Positions 19,854 through 30,487 of a DNA stretch of 64,000 bases are shown in pieces. The stretch comes from a virus: IMG/VR virus record IMGVR_UViG_3300028840_006907, positions 384,001-448,000 of that record, one strand, 5' to 3'. Position 1 is the stretch's first letter, and each line of letters begins with the position of its first letter. The notes under the pieces are model-generated. The model searched no databases. It was not told the origin of the DNA and saw only the letters and a list, made by a program, of their open reading frames with translations. The position numbers were made by a program, and so were the translations under genes.

Positions 19854-21491
19854 ATGTCGGCTGAAAATCAGATTTTACAAACAACAAAAGAAGATATAAC
19901 TAGAATTGAAGAGTCTCTTTACGGTAATTCCGTAAGAAATATGAGACGAGCTTTAGATAAAATCCGGAAACGACTCGTTATTCTTCAACGTCGTCTTGTT
20001 GAATTAAGGAGTAATGAATCGATTATAAAGTCTCGGATATATAATAATGCTGATGCTCTTTTTATTGATGCTAATTATTCTGCAGGGAAAACTCAAGCCA
20101 CTAATCCACAACAATCTTATACTAGAGTCTATGGTGCCAATGATCCTCATCAGAACTATGCCTATTCGAAATTTAATATGTATACAGTAGGTATTGGTGT
20201 TAAGGAGATGGATTGTGAGTTAAACAGGATAGATAAAGAGATTAAATCTATTCAGGCAGATATTAGAGCTTATGAGGTTTCAGAGCAGAAAATTACAGAT
20301 AGTATTAGATTAGCTGAAGCACAAAAAGAAAAAAATTTGAAAAATACTCTTGGACGGATATTGCCTCCAACTCAGGAAGATTTAGAAAAGGATAAGATAG
20401 CCCGAGCGAGAACGGCAAATATACTATTGCTCTATAAAATAGCTCTTAATTATAGGGATCTGAGTCGGGTTCCTCTTTCTGGTTTTTCTACAGGTTTTTC
20501 GGAGCAAAGGGTTTATCCAGATGAGAGAAAGTTACCTCGACAGTTAAAAATACTTCGTCAGATATTTTGGTCTCATGCAAATGCTCCTGGTTTACAATTT
20601 GATCGTAAAGAAGAATTAACATTTGATGATCCTGCAACTTCAGAAAATTTGAATATATTATATGCTGCTGTCTCTGAAGGTCGGGCTACATCAGCAAATA
20701 GTAAGATTTCTCTTGAAGTAGATGCTTATGTGAAACAGGTAGATACAATTGCTAATGATCCATTGGTTTCAGAAGGTATTGAAAGAAAACCAGATGCAAC
20801 TCTTCCACTTGCTAATTCTTTAAGTGAAAAAACAAAAAGTTATCCTGGAGCTGTATTACGGTTTCAGGATTTTTATTTAGGATCTTTTGAGATACCCACA
20901 TTTGATGAATGTATAAAAAAATGGTGGAAGAAAAGTAATGCTGATTTATATTTTGGTCTTCCCCAATGTCCAAATGTGACTGAACCTTATCCTACAACTG
21001 GTGATGAGAAGACTGATGAATATGAAGCATCAAAATCAGAAGCAGTTATAGCTGGTACTGAAAAGTATAAAGAATCATTAGAAAAAGCAAAAGCTCAAAT
21101 TGATGAAGATATAGCAAATAATGTTGGTGATCTTCCAGCAACTGCCCCTGACTGGGTTAAGACTTATGCAGAATCTTATGGCAGTAGTAGTAGGGGATCA
21201 TTGGATTATGAGGGATCAACTATTATTGTGGGGCGTGCTACTGGTGCTGATGAGGCTACTGCACAGACAAATGCTGATAAATTAATTACTTTTCCAGCAG
21301 ATTCTACAGTAACTAAAAAAGATGAATACTCTTATGTAAGTTTAACAGGTTATCTTGTTACTTATACAAATGGGAGACAATTATTTGTTTATCCTGAAAA
21401 TAAAGAGAACTTTGATAATCAACCAGTTACAACTCCTATAAGGAGTATCGAAGAACAAACTGAATGGATTGTTTATGTTCAATGGGGTTAA
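19854..21491 (+). CDS. hypothetical protein with N-terminal coiled coil
   Basis: 545-aa ORF starting 4 nt after the previous stop. Confidence 0.45.
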   Translation: MSAENQILQTTKEDITRIEESLYGNSVRNMRRALDKIRKRLVILQRRLVELRSNESIIKSRIYNNADALFIDANYSAGKTQATNPQQSYTRVYGANDPHQNYAYSKFNMYTVGIGVKEMDCELNRIDKEIKSIQADIRAYEVSEQKITDSIRLAEAQKEKNLKNTLGRILPPTQEDLEKDKIARARTANILLLYKIALNYRDLSRVPLSGFSTGFSEQRVYPDERKLPRQLKILRQIFWSHANAPGLQFDRKEELTFDDPATSENLNILYAAVSEGRATSANSKISLEVDAYVKQVDTIANDPLVSEGIERKPDATLPLANSLSEKTKSYPGAVLRFQDFYLGSFEIPTFDECIKKWWKKSNADLYFGLPQCPNVTEPYPTTGDEKTDEYEASKSEAVIAGTEKYKESLEKAKAQIDEDIANNVGDLPATAPDWVKTYAESYGSSSRGSLDYEGSTIIVGRATGADEATAQTNADKLITFPADSTVTKKDEYSYVSLTGYLVTYTNGRQLFVYPENKENFDNQPVTTPIRSIEEQTEWIVYVQWG

Positions 21492-21524
21492 TTTGTAATT
21501 ATTAATTAATATTTGTGAAATAAT

Positions 21525-22247
21525 ATGTCATACGATTTAAATATAACAGCAGTCTGTGATCACAGAATATATAGAGAATTGGTTACTCTTGAAGATGATA
21601 GAAGGTCTATTCGACTTTCGAAACCTTTATCATCGTCAAATATCGATTTATATGCTTCTGAGAATTTAGTTCCTAAGACAGCATATACTATTATTTATGA
21701 CCCGTTAACAACAACAATTAATCAGCCAAGAATGATTTATTTGAAAAATAGATGGAGACAGACTGAGGATTATTTTGAGGTTGTTTATATCACTTTTAAA
21801 GGATTTTGTCCAAAATGTGCTGGGTTAGAAGTAATTGATGATGTCCAATATGATATTAGAGGTCATTTAAAGCAAATCAGAAATGAAAATCTTTTACTTC
21901 AAAATTTGGAAAAATTTACTGTTACTGAAATTCAGAGTAATGCTTTCCACACATTTATAGGAACTTCTTTAACAAAACTTTTGGGGCAAAGAATAACGGA
22001 TGTCTCTTTTATATCATCGAAAGTTACTCAGGAAATAAATAGTACTCTTGAGGTTTTAAAAAGTCTACAGGATCAGTATGTCTCTACAGGTCGTGTTACT
22101 ACGGATGGAGAGCTTTTTGATACTATTGAAAGTGTTCGGGTCCGGTTTGATGAGAGTGATCCTACTATTTTAAGAACGGATGTAACTGTTTTGGCCAAAT
22201 CAGGTCAGAATGTGGATTTTACACAATATTTGCAATTACCAGTATAG
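21525..22247 (+). CDS. hypothetical structural protein
   Basis: 240-aa ORF in the structural gene array. Confidence 0.4.
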   Translation: MSYDLNITAVCDHRIYRELVTLEDDRRSIRLSKPLSSSNIDLYASENLVPKTAYTIIYDPLTTTINQPRMIYLKNRWRQTEDYFEVVYITFKGFCPKCAGLEVIDDVQYDIRGHLKQIRNENLLLQNLEKFTVTEIQSNAFHTFIGTSLTKLLGQRITDVSFISSKVTQEINSTLEVLKSLQDQYVSTGRVTTDGELFDTIESVRVRFDESDPTILRTDVTVLAKSGQNVDFTQYLQLPV

Positions 22248-22257
22248 GATTTGAAAA

Positions 22258-25200
22258 ATGGCAATACCAGCTCCAGAAATACTTCTTCCTACAGGTGGGA
22301 TGGATTATGCAACAGATATAGCCACACAGACTTTATCTGGTACAACTTCTGCTGATACTCAAGAGATCCAGATAAATGGGTCAGTTCATGGTGTATCATA
22401 TACTGCAGGAGAAACTATTTGGTCCTGGACAGGTACTTTGACTTTAGGTAGTAATGTAATCAATATAATAGCAATTGAGAAAGTCACAAGTTTGCCTAGT
22501 CCTGCTACTACGATTACTATAACATTAATTCCACCTGAAGATGAGGTGATTACGGTTAGTTCTCCTACTGGAGTACAGACATTACGTTATCAAGATAAAA
22601 TCGAAATAAAGAATGTTCAGAATCCTGAACCCAATACAATAGGGTATAATTACTATGTTAGTACACAAAGTGGTGGGATAGATGGAGTTTATGCGAAAAT
22701 CAATACTGATTACATAACTGAATATACTTCATACGAAGATAAAGCAACTCTCATAAATACAGTTACTGATACAACTGGTAATATACGTGTGACAGTTACA
22801 ACTGAACAAATAACCAGAGAATATTATTATTCGGTCTTTTTTGATCAGGAACGTTATACTGAATTAGTAGAAGCTGAACTATTACCAGCAGTATCTTTTA
22901 ATCAGAATACTCCATTCTTTTTTGTTGTTACAGCTATAATATATGATCCAGTTCTTGGACAGGTAACTGAAAGTGCCAATTCGATTGAACTTCAGAGTTC
23001 TCCTGTTACTATTACGACAGGAATAAGAACACTCCCTGCTAGAACTCAGAATGATATTATCCTTACTTTTAGTCAAGATCTTTTATTATCAAATACTGGG
23101 ACTGATACAAAGCCAGGTACAGTGGTAAGAGATATGATGGATCCCATCTCGGAGGAGATGGCTAGAGTTTATGTAATTCAGGATTTTCTCGCTCGATCTC
23201 TATCAGTTAGTTCATTATTGGATTTTGATGATGCTGATGGAGATGGTGAGAGTGATGCAGTAGAGGATTCCATTCCGAAAAAAGCTTTACAACTTGCTCT
23301 TATGCTTACTGATCCTGACGATGTCCAGGCAGTTATTGATGCTCAATTTGATAAACTGGCTTCTAATGCTGATACAACAAGAAGATCTGCAACATATGCA
23401 GTGGGAGAGGTTACATTTTTTGTCACCGAAGCTCCTATAAGGGATATGGTAGTAAATGAGGGTGCTATAGTTTCTACTTTAGGTGATTTGGATAGTGGTA
23501 TCCAGGCACAATCTTATAGAACATTAGCTACAAAGATATTAGATTATGAAACTCGTGAAAGATTTTATAATTCGACAACAGGACGCTATGAGATGAGTCT
23601 TGATGTTGAGGCATTAAATGTAGGTGAAGAAGGGAATACAGATTCTTATACAGTTAAAGTAGTTTCTTCAGGGGCCGATTCAAATTTTCAGGTAGAAAAT
23701 CCTAATCCTATAAGTTTTGGTGAAGATATAGAATCAAATTATAATTTAGCCACTAGGATAATGTTGGCATTTTTTGCTGATACCGGTACTGAGGGAGGTT
23801 ATGCTAAAATAGCTGCCAGTGTCTCTGGTGTAAGAAGAACTCGTATCGAAAAAGCCGGTGATCCACTAATGATCAGAGACTATGATCCTATAAGAGAAAA
23901 ACATGTTGGTGGAAAGGTGGATGTTTATATCCAAGGATCAAGATCGAGACAAGTAACTGATCAGATAGCTTTTTCATTTGAAAGTATAGTATCGAGCCAA
24001 GGGGCTCAATCGGAAGAACAATTCCTTGTGATAAATGCAGTGGCCTTTCAGTTTAAGACCACGAATCCCCGGGTAACATCACATACCCCCATCTTTGAAG
24101 TAAGTCGAGTATATAATGCAACGAGAGCACAGGAATATGATATTTCTGGATACCAAATCATAGGTGATGGTAATACTGTTGATCTTGATGAAACTAAAGC
24201 TCAGAATGCTGCTATAGGTTTAGCTGCTACAGATGTAATAAAAGTCGATTACAAATTTAGGAGTTCGGATACTTTTGTTCTACAGAATCAACCTGTAAAT
24301 GATATTGTCTCTATTGTGGGTCAATTATCTGGTACATTAACTTCTGATAACTGGGATTTAGTTACACTTGAAGATCCTTTGGCAGAAGGCCGGTCTACAA
24401 TAGCACAAGATAGTGTGAGAATAAAATTTGCAAATAATTTACCTCTTACAGGTTTTCAAACAATTACTGATGAGGTTCATGTAATGATTTTGGGTAAAAA
24501 TGAACCTCTTGATTTTTTAGGGGCTGACCCTACTTCTATTGTAGTTAAAAATTTGGCTAAGACTGTTACTTATGTATTAAATGTGGATTACAGAATCGAT
24601 CCTGGTACTGATACTGAGGCTACTGAAATTATTATGATAGAATCAGGTAGTATCAGTAATGGAGAGCAGGTTTTAATAAATTATGTAGCAATTGAAAATT
24701 TTATTATAACTTATACAACGAATGAGTTATTAGAAACTGTTCAAGATGAATTGGATGAATATAAGCATGCCTGTGCTGATGCCATAGCAAAACAGGCCAT
24801 AGAAAATGGTGTTGATTTTGCTTTTACTGTGGTACCGAAATCTAATGTGGTAGATTTTAACACATTGACTTCTCAGATTACAACCTCGATAGCAAATTTT
24901 ATAAGTCAATTGGATATAGGTGTCTCACTTACTCAAAGTGATGTGGATAATCAAATAAGAAAAGTTGATGATGTAGATTATGTTGTCCTTCCGTTTACTC
25001 GTATGGTAAAATCTGATGGCTCTCAGATTGTACGAGATGATATAGGTCAAGTACAATTTGAAGTATATAATGATGGTGTTACAAGATCTTATATAACTTC
25101 AGCAACGGTCCTTTCTTATAATACTATTGATAAGGGTGGTGATGAGAATAAATTTAGAGGAGTATTTGAGAACACAGTTGCACTTATTTTACAGGATGAT

Positions 25201-25431
25201 CCTCTTGATGTTTCGGGAGGTGCAGGACGTGCCTATATCCAGAGTGATGGAAAAATAATCGTAAGTACTATTGATGGTCAGTTACCTGATACGAAAAATT
25301 ATGAAGTAGCATATTATGTGGAAGGGGAAACTGGTTCTGAAGATATTAATGTAGCAGCAGTTGAGTCTTTAAAAATTGGGACTCTAACAATTGCTTATGA
25401 TACACCACGAGAACAACTTCCTTCGTTATAA
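22258..25431 (+). CDS. large baseplate/tail structural protein (1057 aa)
   Basis: Long ORF, Thr/Val/Asp-rich beta-type composition; position in the baseplate cluster. Confidence 0.45.
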   Translation: MAIPAPEILLPTGGMDYATDIATQTLSGTTSADTQEIQINGSVHGVSYTAGETIWSWTGTLTLGSNVINIIAIEKVTSLPSPATTITITLIPPEDEVITVSSPTGVQTLRYQDKIEIKNVQNPEPNTIGYNYYVSTQSGGIDGVYAKINTDYITEYTSYEDKATLINTVTDTTGNIRVTVTTEQITREYYYSVFFDQERYTELVEAELLPAVSFNQNTPFFFVVTAIIYDPVLGQVTESANSIELQSSPVTITTGIRTLPARTQNDIILTFSQDLLLSNTGTDTKPGTVVRDMMDPISEEMARVYVIQDFLARSLSVSSLLDFDDADGDGESDAVEDSIPKKALQLALMLTDPDDVQAVIDAQFDKLASNADTTRRSATYAVGEVTFFVTEAPIRDMVVNEGAIVSTLGDLDSGIQAQSYRTLATKILDYETRERFYNSTTGRYEMSLDVEALNVGEEGNTDSYTVKVVSSGADSNFQVENPNPISFGEDIESNYNLATRIMLAFFADTGTEGGYAKIAASVSGVRRTRIEKAGDPLMIRDYDPIREKHVGGKVDVYIQGSRSRQVTDQIAFSFESIVSSQGAQSEEQFLVINAVAFQFKTTNPRVTSHTPIFEVSRVYNATRAQEYDISGYQIIGDGNTVDLDETKAQNAAIGLAATDVIKVDYKFRSSDTFVLQNQPVNDIVSIVGQLSGTLTSDNWDLVTLEDPLAEGRSTIAQDSVRIKFANNLPLTGFQTITDEVHVMILGKNEPLDFLGADPTSIVVKNLAKTVTYVLNVDYRIDPGTDTEATEIIMIESGSISNGEQVLINYVAIENFIITYTTNELLETVQDELDEYKHACADAIAKQAIENGVDFAFTVVPKSNVVDFNTLTSQITTSIANFISQLDIGVSLTQSDVDNQIRKVDDVDYVVLPFTRMVKSDGSQIVRDDIGQVQFEVYNDGVTRSYITSATVLSYNTIDKGGDENKFRGVFENTVALILQDDPLDVSGGAGRAYIQSDGKIIVSTIDGQLPDTKNYEVAYYVEGETGSEDINVAAVESLKIGTLTIAYDTPREQLPSL

Positions 25432-25443
25432 GGAGCTTTATGT

Positions 25444-28400
25444 ATGGCTGAGAATTTAGGAACGGGTGTTTCTTTTGTTGATGAGAGTAATGGGTATAAT
25501 TATGATAAAGTTGTTTTCCAAAAACAAAAGCCACCTTTAGATACTGAATTAAATCTTGCTCAAGAGATACAAAATTTACTGGCAAAAAGACATATAAAAG
25601 GAATGCCTTCTGGTTGGTTAAATATAGAGGACTTTTATACAAGTTCATTATTAGAAAACCAATTTTATACCCAAGATCCGGACACAGCTATTCCAGAATA
25701 TGCTGTTGTGAATGGTATGGTTCTTTATGTGACTAACACTGGTACTTCTGAAACAAATTCAAATTTGATCACTCTTACTGATCCTCCTACCTCAGGTAAT
25801 CTTGTTAATGGTGTAATCCTAGAAGTATGGAGAGCTTTATTAGATACAGAAACCGATAATAACAGACCTGATTCAACAGTGGTTATAGATTCGTTAATGG
25901 CTATTGATGCCGTTACTGAAAATAGTGCCTGGACAGTCGGGGAAAATGGGCTTATTCTAGCTACTGAAAATGGTGGTCAAACATGGTCGGTTCAATTAAT
26001 TGATACAAAAAAGAAATTAAATGATGTTCATTTTATAAATACAACAGTAGGTTGGGTAGCCGGTGATAATGGTGCCATAGGTAGAACTTCATCTGGTGGT
26101 GTAACTTGGCTCGTATTACAGAGTGGCTATACTGAGAATTTCAATGGGATTCATGCAGCTACACATCTAATTGCTTGGGTTGCTGGTGATGGTGGTATTA
26201 TTCTTAAAACCGTCAATGGAGTTAACTGGTCGGCTCAAAATAGTAATGTTACAGCAAATCTTAATGATATTTATTTCTATGATAGTTTAGTAGGATGGGC
26301 AGTAGGAGATAATGGTACTATAATAAAAACCACTGATGGTGGATCCAATTGGATAACATTAACAAGTGGTACCACAGAAAATTTAAACGCTGTCTTTTTC
26401 TATGATTTAAATTTTGGTTTTGCTGTTGGTGATAATGGTACAATTTTAAGATCATCTGATGGTGGGCTGTCCTGGGTTGATCAATCTGGTAACATATACA
26501 CTGGTTCTGGTTATACAAGTCTTTCAGTGAATTACACTGATGTCACAATGGCCCCTTCTCTTGATATCCACGTGACCAATGAAGAGGTAACTTCCCAATT
26601 TACAGGTTCAAATAAAAATTGTACTGTAGTGAATGTTCCTATGACTAAAGGTGATGGGTTAGGTACAACAACGAATAGCCCTGCTGATGTCGATGGTGAG
26701 GGTAATTTAAGTACTGTTGTAACTGTAAATGGTACTTCTGTTCTTATAGATAGCATTGATGGAACTACAGGTCAAATTATTCTTAATCAGGCTCCTCAAG
26801 CATGTGATACAGTCCTTGTCTCTTATTGGCATAAAGTCAGCCCTGATATTTTTACGGGTAGGGCATGGATTACAGGGGCATCTGGAACAGTGTTGATGAG
26901 TCCAGACATTGGTGCTAATTGGAATCAACAAACTCCAAATACCAGCTATGATTTAAATGGTGTAAGTTTTGTTGATCAAAATAAGGGATGGGTAGCTGGA
27001 GCATTTTCAGTGATGCGACATACTGAAGATGGTGGTACTACATGGACTACTCAAATCAGTGATACCGTTTCTCGAAGGGTGCAACGGGTTTATAATGAAG
27101 GTAATGTAGATACTGTTATCTTTTTGGATGATGAAATGATCCATCCTGACACAAACATAGAAACGACAAAAAGAGTTCAAATTCAATATAAAATAAGAGT
27201 TATAGAAAATGTTGATCCCTTTTCATATCCGGATGCGGGGCTAGGCTCAGCGGGTATTGTGGCTCTAGGGCCAAATGCTACAGGATCATTTGCTTATCAG
27301 AACATGGGTTCTACGACAGGTGATTATGGTTTATGGCAAGCGAAATGCTCTAATACAGTAGATGGGTACGCATGGGCTATCCCAATGTTTTTTGTCAATA
27401 GAAGAAATAGCACTACTTTTAATGCTGCCAATAATACAAATGGTTCTAATGCTAAAGGTACTTCAAATATCCGACCTGATCTTTTGACCGGTGTTGATGT
27501 TGTAGATCAGGATATTCTTGATGTCAGGAGACAAATATTTATCCCTTCAGTGACTGAATTACTAAATAGTAGTTTTGATGCCCTTATGAATAATCAGTTA
27601 AAAACTCGATTTTTCAGACAAACCACTGGTGGTGATAGTTATTCTGTTGAGCCTTTACAATTGGATTATATCGCGCATGGTTCTGGTACTGAAATTGATG
27701 CTACATTGAGCGAGGCTGTTTCGGGACAAGTCACATCAATTACAACAACGAGTACAATATCTCAAAGTGTTCCTGCATCTACTTCTTTACCTTTTGATGT
27801 GACATTAAGTATTCCAGTAGGAACTCGGGGATTATTTCATCCTAATTCTATTTATTATACAGCTCGTTATGTAAGTAATAGTGCCACATATGATGGGAAA
27901 CCTATTCCGGGAGAATTTACTGGTATAGGTACAAATTCAGTAACGTTTAATTTTAGTGCAAAAGTAAACACTACAAATGAAGACACTAATTTAGTCAGTT
28001 ATGATATTGTGGCTCATTATGTAATATTTAGTCCTAAGTCATTGAGTAAAATTCCTTCTACTCCTCAGCTAGTAGAAAATACAGGAACGGTAAGTGAACC
28101 TTCTTTTTTCTATAGAGGAGTATTTACCAGTGAAACTTCTGGTAGAAAGATTGAAGAATGGGATTCAGGTATTTCAGGATATCCGAGTTATACTCTAGCC
28201 TATCCTGTTATAGAGGCAGGAAGTACTGCACAGGAAGCCCGAGCTTCTTCGATTGAGGTACATTTATATATAAGACTAACTAGTACTGAAATACAAAGTA
28301 TTAATCAGATTAAGATAAGTCAGGAAGTTTATCCTGATGTTGCAGATACGACTTCTTATTATAATCTTTACTGTGTCAGTGAAATAAATAATATCACTTC

Positions 28401-29520
28401 TGGTTTTAGTTTTAAGATAGATGATATTGTAATCACAGATGCCATTTATATTGACAGTGCTTCTGGTTTCCCCTTTATCGAAGGTAATGTCATTGAAATT
28501 GTGGGTATGGCATTGGCAGCTACCGGTAATTCTTATACCAGAAATGGTGCAAGTGTTAATTTTACTCAGGGTGAGAAAAAAATAAGCCCATTTGCTTATT
28601 CATCTCGTTTAAAAATAACTTCATTTCCTCCTGGGTCTATATCAAGTGTTCAGTTTACTAGCCTCGATGCTGATAGTGGTCAAATCTCCACAGCTTCTGG
28701 GGTATTTCTTGGTATAAGTACAACAGAAACTGTGAATAGTTTAACTGATCATTTTGCTTGGGTTGATGTTGGAGCGGGAGATGTTCTTACTCCAGTAACA
28801 GTGACAGGATTTAATACCACGACTTTAACAGTAAATTTCGCTACTCCTATATCACCAACTAGTGTCAAGATACAGGCTTTAATAAAACAGGCTAATTTAA
28901 TTTATGGCACTGATGCTGATGATGGATTACAGATAGCTTATAATTTTATTCCGAGTCAAACTCCTACAAATCTTCCTTCCAGTTTAATAGTAGGGATGGT
29001 TACTAATCCTACAAGTATTTATATATCAAATTTAGGTACTGGAGGCAGTCTTGTAGATAAGGAACCTTATAGTTTCCCTATTGATAGTATCCCTGTAAAT
29101 AATAGCTCTATTATTGATGATAATGAATTTTATAATTTAGATCTATTTAGATTTTCTAATTTCTCAGTAGATAGTGGGTTTGTTCAGATGCCTACTATTG
29201 TTCCTGGTTCTTTTGGGGAAGAGTTAACTTTTTCAAGTTTAACTACTGATGAGTTGTTACGTACTTTTTATAGTACATGTGATACAGAATTTGCCTTCAG
29301 AACAGAAGGTATAAAAATTGGAATACCGAGAAAGATATTTATCGCTACTATAGGAAGAGTAAAAGAGAACTCTACTCAATTATTACGAGGTGAATATGTT
29401 CTTATAATAATTTCCAGAGATAGCCTTACTGATTTAGAAAATTACACAGGTTGTGAAACAGGAAGTGGTAATGTTATCGGGATCTACCGATTACCGAATA
29501 AGCCATTGGTAAGAAAGTAA
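25444..29520 (+). CDS. giant tail fibre/receptor-binding protein with BNR/Asp-box beta-propeller domain
   Basis: At least seven Asp-box-like motifs (TENGGQTWSV, SSGGVTWLV, VNGVNWSAQ, TTDGGSNWIT, SSDGGLSWVD, DIGANWNQQ, TEDGGTTWTT) at roughly regular spacing; N-terminal region paralogous to the 35440..38493 product. Confidence 0.55.
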   Translation: MAENLGTGVSFVDESNGYNYDKVVFQKQKPPLDTELNLAQEIQNLLAKRHIKGMPSGWLNIEDFYTSSLLENQFYTQDPDTAIPEYAVVNGMVLYVTNTGTSETNSNLITLTDPPTSGNLVNGVILEVWRALLDTETDNNRPDSTVVIDSLMAIDAVTENSAWTVGENGLILATENGGQTWSVQLIDTKKKLNDVHFINTTVGWVAGDNGAIGRTSSGGVTWLVLQSGYTENFNGIHAATHLIAWVAGDGGIILKTVNGVNWSAQNSNVTANLNDIYFYDSLVGWAVGDNGTIIKTTDGGSNWITLTSGTTENLNAVFFYDLNFGFAVGDNGTILRSSDGGLSWVDQSGNIYTGSGYTSLSVNYTDVTMAPSLDIHVTNEEVTSQFTGSNKNCTVVNVPMTKGDGLGTTTNSPADVDGEGNLSTVVTVNGTSVLIDSIDGTTGQIILNQAPQACDTVLVSYWHKVSPDIFTGRAWITGASGTVLMSPDIGANWNQQTPNTSYDLNGVSFVDQNKGWVAGAFSVMRHTEDGGTTWTTQISDTVSRRVQRVYNEGNVDTVIFLDDEMIHPDTNIETTKRVQIQYKIRVIENVDPFSYPDAGLGSAGIVALGPNATGSFAYQNMGSTTGDYGLWQAKCSNTVDGYAWAIPMFFVNRRNSTTFNAANNTNGSNAKGTSNIRPDLLTGVDVVDQDILDVRRQIFIPSVTELLNSSFDALMNNQLKTRFFRQTTGGDSYSVEPLQLDYIAHGSGTEIDATLSEAVSGQVTSITTTSTISQSVPASTSLPFDVTLSIPVGTRGLFHPNSIYYTARYVSNSATYDGKPIPGEFTGIGTNSVTFNFSAKVNTTNEDTNLVSYDIVAHYVIFSPKSLSKIPSTPQLVENTGTVSEPSFFYRGVFTSETSGRKIEEWDSGISGYPSYTLAYPVIEAGSTAQEARASSIEVHLYIRLTSTEIQSINQIKISQEVYPDVADTTSYYNLYCVSEINNITSGFSFKIDDIVITDAIYIDSASGFPFIEGNVIEIVGMALAATGNSYTRNGASVNFTQGEKKISPFAYSSRLKITSFPPGSISSVQFTSLDADSGQISTASGVFLGISTTETVNSLTDHFAWVDVGAGDVLTPVTVTGFNTTTLTVNFATPISPTSVKIQALIKQANLIYGTDADDGLQIAYNFIPSQTPTNLPSSLIVGMVTNPTSIYISNLGTGGSLVDKEPYSFPIDSIPVNNSSIIDDNEFYNLDLFRFSNFSVDSGFVQMPTIVPGSFGEELTFSSLTTDELLRTFYSTCDTEFAFRTEGIKIGIPRKIFIATIGRVKENSTQLLRGEYVLIIISRDSLTDLENYTGCETGSGNVIGIYRLPNKPLVRK

Positions 29521-29532
29521 AGGATTTTAAAT

Positions 29533-29907
29533 ATGTTAACAACTACAGGATTTAATAATTTTGGATTTGAAGTATCAGATACTACGTTAAGTGTTCTTCC
29601 TGGTACTGCCAGAGTTGGAAGCAAATTATTAAAGTTTGATGGATCACGGGTTTTATTTGACAATATTACCAATTTTGGAGTGGAAACTTTTTCTTATCAG
29701 AATACTTTATTATATTTGCAGAATGTTGGTGACGTAGCTGATATGACTCAATCGAGATCTGATGTTACCAGTTCAGCATTATCAATAGATATCCCTGCTC
29801 TTCCTACTAATGCCAGTGGCCATTATGCTGATGAATATCCTTTGGGACTCTTTACCTTTTACAAAGATGCATCGGATGTAAGTTTGTATAAATATAACCA
29901 GATTTAA
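29533..29907 (+). CDS. hypothetical protein
   Basis: 124-aa ORF with AAGGATTTTAAATATG start context. Confidence 0.4.
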   Translation: MLTTTGFNNFGFEVSDTTLSVLPGTARVGSKLLKFDGSRVLFDNITNFGVETFSYQNTLLYLQNVGDVADMTQSRSDVTSSALSIDIPALPTNASGHYADEYPLGLFTFYKDASDVSLYKYNQI

Positions 29908-30299
29908 TATTTACTTAAAAGATCTTTTTTAAAATCAGGAATTTTCTGGGTTATAGTAGGCAATAATTCTTTTATTATTGTACTGTTTAATTGCTGTAAT
30001 TTCTCACAATATTCATTTTGAGCATCCAGAACAGTTTCAGTACATTCATCTTTTAGTGCCTTTTCTTTTTCATGATGTAATTGTTTTAATTCTTCTACAG
30101 CTTTATTGAAACTGTTTTCAAAACGTACTTTCATTTTAATTGCTAAACTTTCTAAGGATTTCTCTACAAAAGCATTAATAATTTCTTCGTAATCGTCATC
30201 CTCACCAAAACATTCCTTTATTTGATCACATACAAATTCTTTTTCATTTTTTATGACTTCATCAAGCCAACCATCATCAAAAGGTCTTGAGTATTCCAT
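29904..30299 (-). CDS. hypothetical acidic protein; only plausible minus-strand gene in the window
   Basis: 131-aa ORF filling an otherwise non-coding gap between + strand genes; SD-like AAGGAAA 8 nt upstream of its ATG on the minus strand. Confidence 0.45.
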   Translation of the reverse strand: MEYSRPFDDGWLDEVIKNEKEFVCDQIKECFGEDDDYEEIINAFVEKSLESLAIKMKVRFENSFNKAVEELKQLHHEKEKALKDECTETVLDAQNEYCEKLQQLNSTIIKELLPTITQKIPDFKKDLLSKY

Positions 30300-30487
30300 T
30301 TATATTTTCCTTTTTGTTAATATTATTTATATATTTTTTATAATATATTATTAGATTTACCATTGAGCAAGAGAAAAAACATTTTAAACCAATCAAATAC
30401 TTCAGTAAAAAGAATAATACCTCGCGAAGGCCATCTTTAATAAAAATTTATCAATTATAATTTTCTTTTAATACTTGAGATATATTT
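30300..30487. promoter_or_regulatory. AT-rich divergent intergenic region; candidate promoter(s) for the minus-strand gene and the 30488 gene
   Basis: 188-bp non-coding gap between divergently oriented starts; no specific promoter hexamers confidently identified. Confidence 0.25.
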
